A DNA stretch of 64,000 bases from Patescibacteria group bacterium (GCA_041664365.1 JBAYKW010000006.1:7286-71285), one strand, 5' to 3'; shown: positions 10,002 to 19,780, numbered from the stretch's first letter. Numbers and translations: made by a program. Notes: a model not told the origin generated them from the letters alone.

Positions 10002-10087
10002 GATGCTTAATAATTTTGCTCGCCTTTTACATTTTATGTGAAGGGGAAAGGACATTAAAAGCGTAAATCTCATTTGCCCCAAAAATA

Positions 10088-11809
10088 CTATTTATTTGTT
10101 TTATTGCTTAATCTTTCAACATAGTTAATAACATTTTTTATTTTATCCCACTTCATAACCTCTTCCGTTATCTCATTTGTGTGCATAATAGAATTTCTAA
10201 CAGGCCCAATCTCTTTAGTGTCTTGTTCAAGTCCTTTTCTATATTTTTTTGGTTTCTTATGATTTTTTTGAATTTTTAAATCAATTATTTCACCAAGATG
10301 AAATAAGTGGAGATAATTTAAATAGTGTTCCATTTTGGTAATTTTTCCTTTTAGCGCATGCCTTTCTTCATCTTGTTTTCTAAAGTTTCTAACTTCATTC
10401 AGAGTATTAATTATATCTTTTTCTTCTTCGCATCCATTTGCATCCAATTGTGCTTCATCAATACCTTTAATTCTTATGTATTCCCTAAAAATATTTTCTA
10501 AAATAAAGAGATCTTGATATACCATAGTATTTTTATACGAAAGCGCTCTAAGTTTTTCTTGGAGACTTTTTTTTGTGTTTTTTTCTACAACATTTTTATT
10601 GATTTCTTTTTGAAAGTCTTTCATTCTTCTATTTCTACTATCGTTCATTCTTACTTCATAAGGTGGTCTATTATCTACATCAATATCCCCCTCATCATTC
10701 TCTTTGTTTCTCCAAGGTGTCCAATCCTTTGATATAATATATTGTATTTTTTTTAATTCATCTAGAAATTTGTGGTAAAGAGGGTCATCCTTTATAATCC
10801 CTTCCCTGGAACTTGTAAATCTATCATTTTCATCATCTTCAAATCCATCAACATGTACTTCGCCATATAAATATTCCTCAACTATTTGCTTATTTGTTAT
10901 TTCTTCAAAAAGGTTTTCCTGTCTTAGTCTACCATTACAAAATAAATTTATTCCAGCCTTGTAATCTCCGCCAGAACCGCTTAATAATAAATTTCGAGGG
11001 TGTTTAACTGATGCTATAAATCCTTTTACAGTAATATTTTCTTGCTTAAAATTAAAAGACGTGTTTTCAATTATTTTTGAATTGGCTAAATATTTGTACA
11101 GTTTTTTTCTTTCTGTATTTTCTGTTTCTAGAAACCAAATAAATTGCGTTTTGTCGTGTAGCTCTTGCAAATCTTTTTGAGAAATTCGTTTGTTATTAAC
11201 TTTTATTATAAACTTATCATTCTTTTTTAAACTAAAAACGAAATTAAACTGAGTAGCAAGATATTTTCTAATAATTGCTTCGCTGTTTAACTTTGTTTTC
11301 ATTTTTTCAAAAATAATTTTTGTGCCAGAGCTTTTTTTGATTGGGAATAATTTTAAATTTTCTTGAGATAAGTCTTCTAGGTTATAAGACCCATCTTTCT
11401 TTATTTCTTTATCAAGTTTTGTGTTATTAATTATTCCACCGATTATCTTATTTTCTTTTTTCTTGGATAAGATTGTTACTTTTTGTGAAATAGATAACAT
11501 TGCTAGTTTGCCGATGCCTTTTCTACCAATAACACTCCTTTTTGATTTGTTGTCTTTATCCTCTCTTCTTGAATAGCCGACTTTTAAAAATCTTTTTTGA
11601 AAGTCATAGCTATCCATTCCCTTACCGTTGTCCTCAACAATCAATACGCCGTCTGTTATTGTTATTTTTACTTCTGTTGCCTCAGCATCCCAAGCATTTG
11701 AAATCGCTTCTGCTACTACTGTGGCAAAACTTCTATATAATCCTCTCCCAAGGTGATTTAGTACTTCCAAGGAAAATTCAAAATGGAATGGTTTACTATT
11801 TTGTGACAT
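10088..11809 (-). CDS. GHKL (MORC/MutL-like) ATPase with putative C-terminal Swt1-like HEPN domain
   Basis: Start MSQNSK overlaps the dcm stop; EAISNAWDA, DNGKGM, GRKGIGK boxes; C-terminal YQDLFILENIFREYI and RNSIMH. Confidence 0.8.
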   Translation of the reverse strand: MSQNSKPFHFEFSLEVLNHLGRGLYRSFATVVAEAISNAWDAEATEVKITITDGVLIVEDNGKGMDSYDFQKRFLKVGYSRREDKDNKSKRSVIGRKGIGKLAMLSISQKVTILSKKKENKIIGGIINNTKLDKEIKKDGSYNLEDLSQENLKLFPIKKSSGTKIIFEKMKTKLNSEAIIRKYLATQFNFVFSLKKNDKFIIKVNNKRISQKDLQELHDKTQFIWFLETENTERKKLYKYLANSKIIENTSFNFKQENITVKGFIASVKHPRNLLLSGSGGDYKAGINLFCNGRLRQENLFEEITNKQIVEEYLYGEVHVDGFEDDENDRFTSSREGIIKDDPLYHKFLDELKKIQYIISKDWTPWRNKENDEGDIDVDNRPPYEVRMNDSRNRRMKDFQKEINKNVVEKNTKKSLQEKLRALSYKNTMVYQDLFILENIFREYIRIKGIDEAQLDANGCEEEKDIINTLNEVRNFRKQDEERHALKGKITKMEHYLNYLHLFHLGEIIDLKIQKNHKKPKKYRKGLEQDTKEIGPVRNSIMHTNEITEEVMKWDKIKNVINYVERLSNKTNK

Positions 11810-12848
11810 TAATATTATTAATATGTTTTTTAATCGTGTTTCCAATAATTTCACCAAGAACAGGGGGTACTGAATTACCAATATGCCTGGCGATAGTAGT
11901 CATGGATTTTATCGGACCAAAATCATAATTCACTGGAAAAGTTTGAAGCAGAGCACCTTCCCTTAAAGAAAGAGCCCTATTCTGTGTGGGGTGCCCAAAG
12001 CGTCCGGATCCTAAGTTAAAAAATTGAGTTGTTATTGTTGGTGCGACATTATCCCAACCCATCCGTCCATAAACTGATGTGTAAGTTTGCCCACTTTCTT
12101 TTTTATAGCAATCCGGTAACAGTTTTTTTTCCCAGTCTCGCCACGTACCATTTTGTTTTGATTGTTTTATTCTCTGAATGTTAATTTTAGAAAGGTTCTT
12201 GGCTTTATGTAATGGGTCATACTTAGAGGTTTGGCCAGCTTTGATTGGTGGCAATTTTTTTATAATTTCTTTAACAGTTACAAATGTTTCTTTAGTATGT
12301 GTTGGCTTTGGTATTTTTATTTCTCCAAGCCTTGAGGCAAGTAAAATTAATCTGCTTCTATTTTGCGGAGCACCGTAATCTGGTACGTATACTATTTTAT
12401 AATCAATATGATAATTATTTTTTTCAAGTACGTCTAAAAACTGTTTAAATATGTTAGTCTTTACTATTCCGCGTACATTCTCCATTGATACTATTTCAGG
12501 AAGTGTATCATCTATTATTTTTCCAAAGTAGCTGAGAAGATCCCACCTGTCGTCGTGATTTTTAACTTTATTTTTGAAAGAATGGGAAGAAAAAGGTTGA
12601 CATGGCGCACAGCCGACTAATACTTTGATAGCATTTGGGCTATATATTTTTTGTATTTCACCAGATCCATATTTTGTTAAATCAGCATTAATAAATTTTG
12701 TTTTATTATTCTTTTCGTATGCATATTTACACGTTTCATCATTATCAATACCAGCTATGACATTAATCCCAGATTTTTTCAATCCATAAGTCAATCCTCC
12801 TATTCCACAGAATAAGTCGATAGTCTCAATTTTAATTTTTGTTTGCAT
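11796..12848 (-). CDS. dcm: DNA (cytosine-5) methyltransferase
   Basis: DLFCGIGG, PCQPFS, ENV, PQNRSR, LSLREGALLQTFP, IGNSVPP motifs. Confidence 0.95.
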   Translation of the reverse strand: MQTKIKIETIDLFCGIGGLTYGLKKSGINVIAGIDNDETCKYAYEKNNKTKFINADLTKYGSGEIQKIYSPNAIKVLVGCAPCQPFSSHSFKNKVKNHDDRWDLLSYFGKIIDDTLPEIVSMENVRGIVKTNIFKQFLDVLEKNNYHIDYKIVYVPDYGAPQNRSRLILLASRLGEIKIPKPTHTKETFVTVKEIIKKLPPIKAGQTSKYDPLHKAKNLSKINIQRIKQSKQNGTWRDWEKKLLPDCYKKESGQTYTSVYGRMGWDNVAPTITTQFFNLGSGRFGHPTQNRALSLREGALLQTFPVNYDFGPIKSMTTIARHIGNSVPPVLGEIIGNTIKKHINNINVTK

Positions 12849-12945
12849 AGAATCTATGCGGTTACTAAATGTTTTATAAAATAATTTTCATAACAAAGCG
12901 GAAAAAACACCTCATTGTCCCTGCTATAAAAGGAATTAAAAATTT

Positions 12946-13359
12946 TTATCCCCAAGTAGCGGGCTTATTTTTTAGCTCTTCAATTTCCTTTTTTACTTCA
13001 TCAAGCGCACCCACATTAGATGTACTTGGGTTTAATTCAATTTTGGGCTTTGCTTTGATCTTATCGACCAGATCTTTTGTGCTTTTGTGCGATCGTTTCC
13101 AAGCGATGCCGAAAATAATTGCGAGAACCAGTCCCAATATGCCAAAAATGTAGTTCAAAAGTAATGACCAGGTAAACTCGGGTGCATTTTGTTTGGTGGT
13201 TTCAGCGATTGCATTTATAAATGTTGGTAACCCAAAGAAAAGACTTGCAATGCAAACGTCTCTCCATAGAGGTTGCGCTTTTTCAACGATATTATTCAGT
13301 TCATCTTCAGTAACTGAATAGCAGGTTCTGTCCGGATCGTGATGTATATAATCAGTCAT
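12946..13359 (-). CDS. Two-TM hypothetical protein
   Basis: ATG 13359 overlaps the stop of the upstream gene; two hydrophobic helices. Confidence 0.7.
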   Translation of the reverse strand: MTDYIHHDPDRTCYSVTEDELNNIVEKAQPLWRDVCIASLFFGLPTFINAIAETTKQNAPEFTWSLLLNYIFGILGLVLAIIFGIAWKRSHKSTKDLVDKIKAKPKIELNPSTSNVGALDEVKKEIEELKNKPATWG

Positions 13360-13621
13360 CTTTCTTTTTTGCGTTAACATCTATACCAAGAGCTCCTAAT
13401 GCGAACAAGCGCAAATTGCCACAATTGTTGCAAATTAACCCAGCACACGGTATTTGTGGCTGAGGAAGACGGAAGCCTCCGGATAAATCTGAAACGGGAG
13501 CTGAAACCGCCTGATCGACAACGGCCCAATTATTTTTGTGGCATATTTCGCATTGAGGCATAGCGCCTTTTTCTTTGAGCTTATCTAAAATAAGCTGTTT
13601 GTAGTCATTTGGTAGTGGCAT
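13352..13621 (-). CDS. Small zinc-ribbon protein
   Basis: CEIC ... CNNCG cysteine pairs. Confidence 0.7.
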   Translation of the reverse strand: MPLPNDYKQLILDKLKEKGAMPQCEICHKNNWAVVDQAVSAPVSDLSGGFRLPQPQIPCAGLICNNCGNLRLFALGALGIDVNAKKKDD

Positions 13622-13791
13622 TTTGTAATTATATTATTACATTTGGTTTAACAAATTTCTGTTTGATTCACTATTGCTATTTATTATTTGGTACTTATCT
13701 TATTTAAGCTATGATATCAGTTTAACACCAAGGTAGTAACTGGGCAATAATCACAAATAACCCCACCTTTTTGCCGAAAGCGGGGAAGCGC

Positions 13792-13822
13792 TTGACTATG
13801 ACGTAGCGTGATAGTGTATGTT
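13792..13822 (+). promoter_or_regulatory. MerR-type promoter with operator palindrome
   Basis: TTGACT, 19-bp spacer, TATGTT; dyad actat-gacgtagcgtg-atagt overlapping the spacer. Confidence 0.7.
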
Positions 13823-13885
13823 ATAATAAGGTGGTCTTATACATATATAGATAGGTCGACACCCTAAACCATTATCTGCATTAAT

Positions 13886-14650
13886 ATGCCTTATACCGTA
13901 AAACAACTGGCCGATCTGGCGGGAATCAGTGTACGGACACTGCATTTCTACGACCAGGCGGGAATCCTGAAACCGGACCGGACGAAAGCCAACGGCTACC
14001 GGTATTATGAGGAAAAGGAGCTTCTGAAGCTCCAGCAGATTTTGTTTTTTCGCGAGCTGGATTTCTCCATTCAGGAGATAAAGAAGATTATCTCCGCGCC
14101 GGATTTTGACATGCGCACGGCGCTAAAGGGTCAGCGCAAACTGATTGAGCTCAAGAAAAATCGTCTGGAACGATTGGTGGAAACCATCGACCGGACTATT
14201 CAAAAAATTAATAAGGAAAAAAATATGGCAGACCAAGATTTATACGGCAACTTTTCCAAAGAAGAAATGGACCGTTACACGGAAGAAGCCCGAGAGAAGT
14301 GGGGCAATACCGATGCTTATAAACAGTCCCAAGAGAGAGTGAAGAAAATGGGCAAAGCGGGTTTAAACCAAGTGCTGAAAGAATCGGGACTCTTAACTCA
14401 AGAAATCGCAGAGTGCATGAAAAAGGGCGAGGACCCGAAAGGTGAGACGGTGCAAAAGCTGATCGCCAGGCACTATGACGGACTGCGGGCTTTCTACGAG
14501 CCAAACTTCCAGATCTACCGTGGGCTGGCCGGTGCGTATATCGGCGATGACCGCTTCAAAGCCAACTATGAAAAAGTAGCGGAAGGGCTGGCACAGTATA
14601 TGCACGACGGCATGATCCATTACTGCGACACGCACGAATCGGAAAAGTAA
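13886..14650 (+). CDS. MerR family regulator with TipAS domain (TipA/Mta-like)
   Basis: GISVRTLHFYD HTH, LQQILFFRELDF, EAREKWGNTDAY, YIGDDRF; possible internal start MADQD at 14225. Confidence 0.93.
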   Translation: MPYTVKQLADLAGISVRTLHFYDQAGILKPDRTKANGYRYYEEKELLKLQQILFFRELDFSIQEIKKIISAPDFDMRTALKGQRKLIELKKNRLERLVETIDRTIQKINKEKNMADQDLYGNFSKEEMDRYTEEAREKWGNTDAYKQSQERVKKMGKAGLNQVLKESGLLTQEIAECMKKGEDPKGETVQKLIARHYDGLRAFYEPNFQIYRGLAGAYIGDDRFKANYEKVAEGLAQYMHDGMIHYCDTHESEK

Positions 14651-14775
14651 TCTGGCAGTATCAAAAAAACAGGCGCAGGTAATCCCCGCGCTTGTTTTAT
14701 TTATAATTTACCGACAGCTATTCGGTGAGGTTGGTCGGAATGCAATGAAGAGAATAAGTTGATTTAGAGGTACTA

Positions 14776-15099
14776 TTACTTACCATATTTATCGATAAGA
14801 AAACCCAACGCTGAACCAAGAATTAAAGTCATGATAAAAATCGGAATCAGTGAAAATGGTTCTTGCCAACCAATGATAATAGCCGAAGGCAATAAAACAA
14901 GGAATGAGATAATTATACCTTTTGCAATACCTTTTATTTTAAGATTACTTGTCGCGATTAAAAAACCAGAAATTATCCAAAGCGAGAAAGCCGACAGGTT
15001 GGCGTCCCAGGTTAATTTTTGAAGAACCATGGGAACAACATCAATGATTCCGGCTAAAGTCCCAAGTAAAATCCCAAGTTGGGTTTTCTTCATATTCAT
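14776..15099 (-). CDS. Small 4-TM membrane protein
   Basis: Hydrophobic throughout. Confidence 0.7.
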   Translation of the reverse strand: MNMKKTQLGILLGTLAGIIDVVPMVLQKLTWDANLSAFSLWIISGFLIATSNLKIKGIAKGIIISFLVLLPSAIIIGWQEPFSLIPIFIMTLILGSALGFLIDKYGK

Positions 15100-15230
15100 A
15101 ATGGTATCCTCAATTAATTAAAACTTAAATAACTTTCTCTGAGTGTCTCAAAATCAATAACGCCATATACAGACGAGCGTATGCCCGCCTTGACTCGCCG
15201 TCTGCGGCGAGGCAGGCTACGTTGCTAATT

Positions 15231-16166
15231 TTACCTTTTTCTTTCCCGGCCTTTTATATATCTATCCAAAGCCTCTTTTGAGCTTAGCCAATTTCGTCCT
15301 TCTTTGTAGGCCTCGAGTTTGCCCTGTCTTACTAGTAAGTTTAAATATTTAGCTGAGTAAGAAGTTTTTTTTGTTAGTTCCTTCAAAGAAATTAATTTTT
15401 CCTTATTTTTTTTAGAGGATAAAGTCTTTAAGTATATATCAAAAGACCGCTCAACTGTTTGAGCTATGAAGTTAACTAGTGATGCATAATCACCGGTATC
15501 GGCTTTAGCCAAGACGTTGTAGTATTTTTTTCTATCATTTTTTAGTATGATAGTTAGAGGATAGCCACTTTTCATCAATATTAGATTCATAGCTAATCTA
15601 GCCGTACGGCCATTGCCGTCAAAAAATGGGTGAATCTGTACCAATTTGTGATGAAATAAAGCAGCCAGTTCAACCGTTGGGATCTTGCTGTTATTTTTTA
15701 GCCAAACTAATAAACTTTCCATTAATTTCGGCACTTCAATAGCATGGGGTGGTGTATGCTTAGCACCCATGATAAAAACATTGGCAGTTCTGTATTTTCC
15801 AGCTTGTTCTTTTTCTGTTTCTTGGACAACAATTTGGTGGATAGAGCGGATTAACCTTTCAGAAATAGTATTTTGTTTGTTTTTATCAACCAAATCATAG
15901 AGATATTCTAAAGCTGCATATTGGTCTTTAGTTTCCAGGTGGTCTTTTAGAGGCTTGCCTTTAACTGTAATGCCCTCATTGATAACTAAAAAAGTTTCTT
16001 TGAGGGTTAGACTATTACCTTCTATAGCATTAGAATTATAGGTCATTTCTAACCTTAGTTTTTCTTGCAGTTTTTTGACTGCTACTTTAGGCAATGGCCG
16101 TTGTTTATTTAATTCTTTTCTTTTAGCTTCCAAACGAGAGGCGATTGTTTTGTGCAGATATTTCAT
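15231..16166 (-). CDS. Fic family protein with C-terminal HTH
   Basis: HPFFDGNGRTAR catalytic motif; SNAIEGN autoinhibitory motif. Confidence 0.93.
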   Translation of the reverse strand: MKYLHKTIASRLEAKRKELNKQRPLPKVAVKKLQEKLRLEMTYNSNAIEGNSLTLKETFLVINEGITVKGKPLKDHLETKDQYAALEYLYDLVDKNKQNTISERLIRSIHQIVVQETEKEQAGKYRTANVFIMGAKHTPPHAIEVPKLMESLLVWLKNNSKIPTVELAALFHHKLVQIHPFFDGNGRTARLAMNLILMKSGYPLTIILKNDRKKYYNVLAKADTGDYASLVNFIAQTVERSFDIYLKTLSSKKNKEKLISLKELTKKTSYSAKYLNLLVRQGKLEAYKEGRNWLSSKEALDRYIKGRERKR

Positions 16167-16508
16167 AGTAATTGTTTAATATGGTATAAGTAGTTTATTA
16201 CAGTATACCATATTAAGGAAAAAAGTAAAGTTAGCAATGTAAGCGGACCCTGAGCGCGACCCCGAGCGTATTCAAGGGGGGGGGAAGTCGAAGCGGCCGG
16301 GAGCGATTTCTGCACAACTGGTTATTATACAAAGCTGACTTCACGGTGAAAGTAACATAATCCCTACTAGGAAGCAATAATCATAAAAAACCCCAGCTTT
16401 TTCTGAAAGCGGGGGGACGGAAAAGTAATCTTGTATTATAAAAACAGGCGCAGGTAATTCCGCGCTTGTTTTTGTCCCATCATTGGGGATTTTATTGGAT
16501 ATTAATTT

Positions 16509-16817
16509 CTATTTTTCTTTATTAATCCACTTTTTATCAATTGCATCTTCCAGATCAATATCCAATAGGTGTGCGTTTAATATCGCCATACCAACAACAT
16601 CTGCAAGTTCTTTTGATAATTCTTTTTTGGATATTTCTGCAGATACAAGCTTTTTGGTTCTGCATTTTTTTCTATGTATTAATATGGCTTGCGCAAATTC
16701 TCCCAACTCTTCAACTAATTTAATTAATGCGAAATCCTCGTCTATTTTTATGTTATGCCTTTCTCCATACTGCATGGCATTTTTTACTACCTTTTGTTGT
16801 AATTCTTTGAATTCCAT
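16509..16817 (-). CDS. MazG-like nucleotide pyrophosphohydrolase
   Basis: KLVEELGEFAQA and ELADV motifs. Confidence 0.8.
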   Translation of the reverse strand: MEFKELQQKVVKNAMQYGERHNIKIDEDFALIKLVEELGEFAQAILIHRKKCRTKKLVSAEISKKELSKELADVVGMAILNAHLLDIDLEDAIDKKWINKEK

Positions 16818-16967
16818 AATTAAAAAAAATAATAATTAATTTCTAATAACCATTTATTATGCGAAACTTGTTATGTAAAGTTAACAATCTTAGTCTAGCA
16901 CCAAGGTTATGAGTGGGCAATACATACGAAAATCCCACCTTTTTGATGATGGCGGAGACATGGACTA

Positions 16968-17028
16968 TTGACCCCGTTTGAGGAATTCCGCAAACGGGGT
17001 TGACATAACCGATATCTAGTGTTACCAT
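16968..17028 (+). promoter_or_regulatory. sigma70 promoter preceded by a TTGA-flanked palindrome
   Basis: ttga-CCCCGTTTG..CAAACGGGG-TTGACA, 17 bp, TACCAT. Confidence 0.7.
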
Positions 17029-17116
17029 GTCCGGTTCGTGTTTGGTGTGTCCCGCTGCCTTGATCACTTGTTGTAGCAATACAACAAACAGCTCTTAGGA
17101 GCCTTAGGAGGATGCA

Positions 17117-17389
17117 ATGTCACGATCCGTGTTCCGCGTGGACGAAAAAACCGAATGCGCGGTCGGTTGGGATGATCCGCTCGGCACGTTTTTCGGTCAG
17201 ATCTACAAAGTGGACCAGGAAGGCGAGCGCGTCGAGGAGGACGAGGACGGCAACGACGGGACGATCCTTTGGGTCGGCACGAAGCCGGCGGAGATCCGCA
17301 CCGTGGACGAGCTTGCGCGCAGGCTCCTGCCCCACGCTATCCTCACGCACGCCATCCACGCCGAGCTCTTCTCCATCGAGTGCGACTAG
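17117..17389 (+). CDS. GC-rich acidic hypothetical protein
   Basis: AGGAGG SD, own promoter; VGWDDPLGTFFGQI motif. Confidence 0.75.
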   Translation: MSRSVFRVDEKTECAVGWDDPLGTFFGQIYKVDQEGERVEEDEDGNDGTILWVGTKPAEIRTVDELARRLLPHAILTHAIHAELFSIECD

Positions 17390-17572
17390 CACAACTCCTA
17401 CCGAGATCCAAGGAGTATAAATAAGGGTCTTCTTTTTTTGCAAAAAAACACAGTTGTTGAGTAGTTCGTTATGTGTTTAGATATTACCTATGTTCATTGA
17501 CACTAGTAGGTTTTTGTAGTAAAAGTTAGGAACCTGCACAATCACGTTTTCCAAATCGGGGGGAGGTGAATC

Positions 17573-17833
17573 ATGTCGGAGCAAAAGGTTGTTCCAGTCA
17601 CCGAAGGAGATGGGGGCAATGAGCTGAGGGCGGTACGTTTTCAGATCACAGACATCCTGTTTCAGCTTATCGCGAGGAGACTGGAAGAACTTGTGGTTCA
17701 GGATGTGGCTCGACAGGCTAAAACACCGTGGGAACAGCTTCAGGGGATAAAGGTAGAACGGATCGAACTGCGCCCCTCTCTCGAGGGACCCTTGATGTTC
17801 GTTAATCCGTACTACGATGATGATGATGACTAA
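17573..17833 (+). CDS. Hypothetical protein
   Basis: GGAGGTGA SD, TTGACA at ~17497. Confidence 0.6.
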   Translation: MSEQKVVPVTEGDGGNELRAVRFQITDILFQLIARRLEELVVQDVARQAKTPWEQLQGIKVERIELRPSLEGPLMFVNPYYDDDDD

Positions 17834-17890
17834 GCTCCGACGGCTTCCAGTCGCGCAAGTAGCCAGGATTCAATGTCAGGAGGACGTCCC

Positions 17891-18100
17891 ATGTCGTCGG
17901 AACTCAGGGCAGTGATCATCAAGTACACTGCCATGCAGCTCGGTACGAGCGAGAGTAAAGTCACCTCGGACACGGTGATTCCGGACATCTACTGTCTGGT
18001 CAGATTCGTGTCCATTGAGACCGAGCGGTACGCGAAGAACATCAAGGATATCACCGCGAAGCACACCGTGGCGGAGGCCATCGCATTGTTCGAAGAGTAG
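17891..18100 (+). CDS. ACP-like small protein lacking the DSL motif, copy 1
   Basis: AGGAGG SD before ATG 17891; paralog of the next gene. Confidence 0.7.
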   Translation: MSSELRAVIIKYTAMQLGTSESKVTSDTVIPDIYCLVRFVSIETERYAKNIKDITAKHTVAEAIALFEE

Positions 18101-18133
18101 AGGGCGTTTGAAAGACGAATGAGGAGGGTGTTC

Positions 18134-18340
18134 ATGGACTCAAATCTCAGGGCAGTGATCATCAAGCGCACCGCCCAGCAGCTTGGCGTGAGCGAGGATG
18201 ATGTCGCTATGGACACGGTGATCCCGAACATCCACGCCCTGGTCACAACCGTGGCCGCCGAGACCGGCGAGATCGGTTTCTGCAATGACATCCGAAAGAA
18301 GCACACCGTGGCGGAAGCCATCGCATTGTTCGAAGAGTAG
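18134..18340 (+). CDS. ACP-like small protein lacking the DSL motif, copy 2
   Basis: GAGGAGG SD before ATG 18134; AQQLGVSEDDV...TVAEAIALFEE. Confidence 0.7.
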   Translation: MDSNLRAVIIKRTAQQLGVSEDDVAMDTVIPNIHALVTTVAAETGEIGFCNDIRKKHTVAEAIALFEE

Positions 18341-18476
18341 GGGTCGGAAGTCTAGACCCCTTTTTTTATTTGGATTGACGGAAAATAAGCATTTATGATA
18401 AGTTGATATACCCTTGGCCGTTTCATTGGACTTGGGCCGGTATCGTTGAGGTATTGGCAAAACGAGGGAGAGATCC

Positions 18477-18866
18477 ATGTTCAAAGCCCCACGGCCTTAC
18501 TTTGAGGGAGCGCCTACTACCCCTGAGGAGCGTGCGGTTCTGCAAAATGCCGGCTACGTACACATCACCGGCCTTTGGTGCCACACTCGTGACCATGGTA
18601 TCAGGGAAGACGGCTACTATGTCGGCGAGAAGCTTTTTCACAGTCATCTGGGAACATGGCATGACTACTGCGAGCAGTCGGTGATCGTCACCGAGCGGGG
18701 CGAGGTCTGGCTGAAGAGCGGCAGTGGCGTTGCCTCTGTCGTCCACCAGTTCTGCCCGAACGGGCAGAGTGACTACTGGCCATTCGGCCTGGTTAGGCAC
18801 CAGCCGATCGCCGCGATTACTCGCCGGAGAATCGATCCGAATGATGGTCTGATCTACGTCCCTTGA
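18477..18866 (+). CDS. GC-rich hypothetical protein, paralog of 21875..22261
   Basis: MFKAPRPYFEGAPTT..., QSVIVTERGEVWLK, CPNG; promoter and terminator also duplicated. Confidence 0.8.
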   Translation: MFKAPRPYFEGAPTTPEERAVLQNAGYVHITGLWCHTRDHGIREDGYYVGEKLFHSHLGTWHDYCEQSVIVTERGEVWLKSGSGVASVVHQFCPNGQSDYWPFGLVRHQPIAAITRRRIDPNDGLIYVP

Positions 18867-18921
18867 TTGCACATCGCCGTTCATACGGCACCCCGCTAAT
18901 CCAAACTAGCTGGGTATTTTT

Positions 18922-19287
18922 TTAGTCTTTGTTTTCAATTTTCTTCGCAACTGTGTGGTTGAGGTCCTTGCGCCAGTTGTCTACATATGTTTTTGCCCCG
19001 CCCAATAGACCGTCGCAGAATGCGGCTACGTCTTGGCCGGTGATATCCAAAACTTGCTTGCTGTCTGCTGCGCCTTCTTCAAAAAGTCCTAGCACACCAT
19101 CAAGAATATCTATTGTATCCATTCCGCTGCCGGCGGAGAGTTTCCACATATATTTTTTTATCTCATCATATGCAAAATGGTAGTCGTTGGGTAGCTTTTT
19201 GGCGCGTGCTTCCATTCTACGCCATCTCTTTTTATCTCCGGTTACTTTTTTCCAGAAGTCGTTGACTGTTTTTAGTATGTTAGCCAT
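18922..19287 (-). CDS. DUF1048-family protein
   Basis: KKRWRRMEARAKKLP..Y, LFEEGAAD, TGQDVAAFCD; follows padR. Confidence 0.85.
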   Translation of the reverse strand: MANILKTVNDFWKKVTGDKKRWRRMEARAKKLPNDYHFAYDEIKKYMWKLSAGSGMDTIDILDGVLGLFEEGAADSKQVLDITGQDVAAFCDGLLGGAKTYVDNWRKDLNHTVAKKIENKD

Positions 19288-19609
19288 TTGATTGTTCCTT
19301 TAGTTTGTTAATACTTTTTGTGACGAACTGCCATTTTGCCCAGAAGGTGGACAGTTCTTTCCGTCCCGCGCTGTTGAGCGTGTAGAATTTGCGCACCGGT
19401 CCGACGTCGGACGATTTTTTCTTGATGTTTACCAGCTTGCCATTCTCGAGGCGTAGCAGAATGGTATAGACCGTTCCTTCCACCACGTCCGTGAAACCCA
19501 GCTCGCGGAGCATGGATGCTATTTCATAGCCGTAGGTTTCCTTCCGGCTGATGATTTCCAGGATACAGCCCTCGAGTACGCCTTTTAACATTTCTGTAAT
19601 GTTTTCCAA
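19280..19609 (-). CDS. PadR family transcriptional regulator
   Basis: MLKGVLEGCIL, YGYEI, EGTVYTILLRLE, RKFYTL; TTG start after AGGAG. Confidence 0.93.
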   Translation of the reverse strand: MENITEMLKGVLEGCILEIISRKETYGYEIASMLRELGFTDVVEGTVYTILLRLENGKLVNIKKKSSDVGPVRKFYTLNSAGRKELSTFWAKWQFVTKSINKLKEQSNG

Positions 19610-19780
19610 AGTATTTCTCCTTTCAATTAAACTTGCTTAATATGTAGTATCACTTACTACCACTACATAGTATCACGTAGTAGATTTGGTGTCAAGGGAT
19701 AGGATTTAGGCCCGCCCGGCTCGCCCTTGGCGATGCCAAGGCGGACGGGGGATAGGGGTGAGGGGTTAGGTTTTTTTAGG

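Noticed and set aside
16240-16310. Possible ncRNA upstream of fic
   Set aside because: Looks like a degenerate ccctgagcg..agtcgaag palindromic repeat with a nested insert; no independent support
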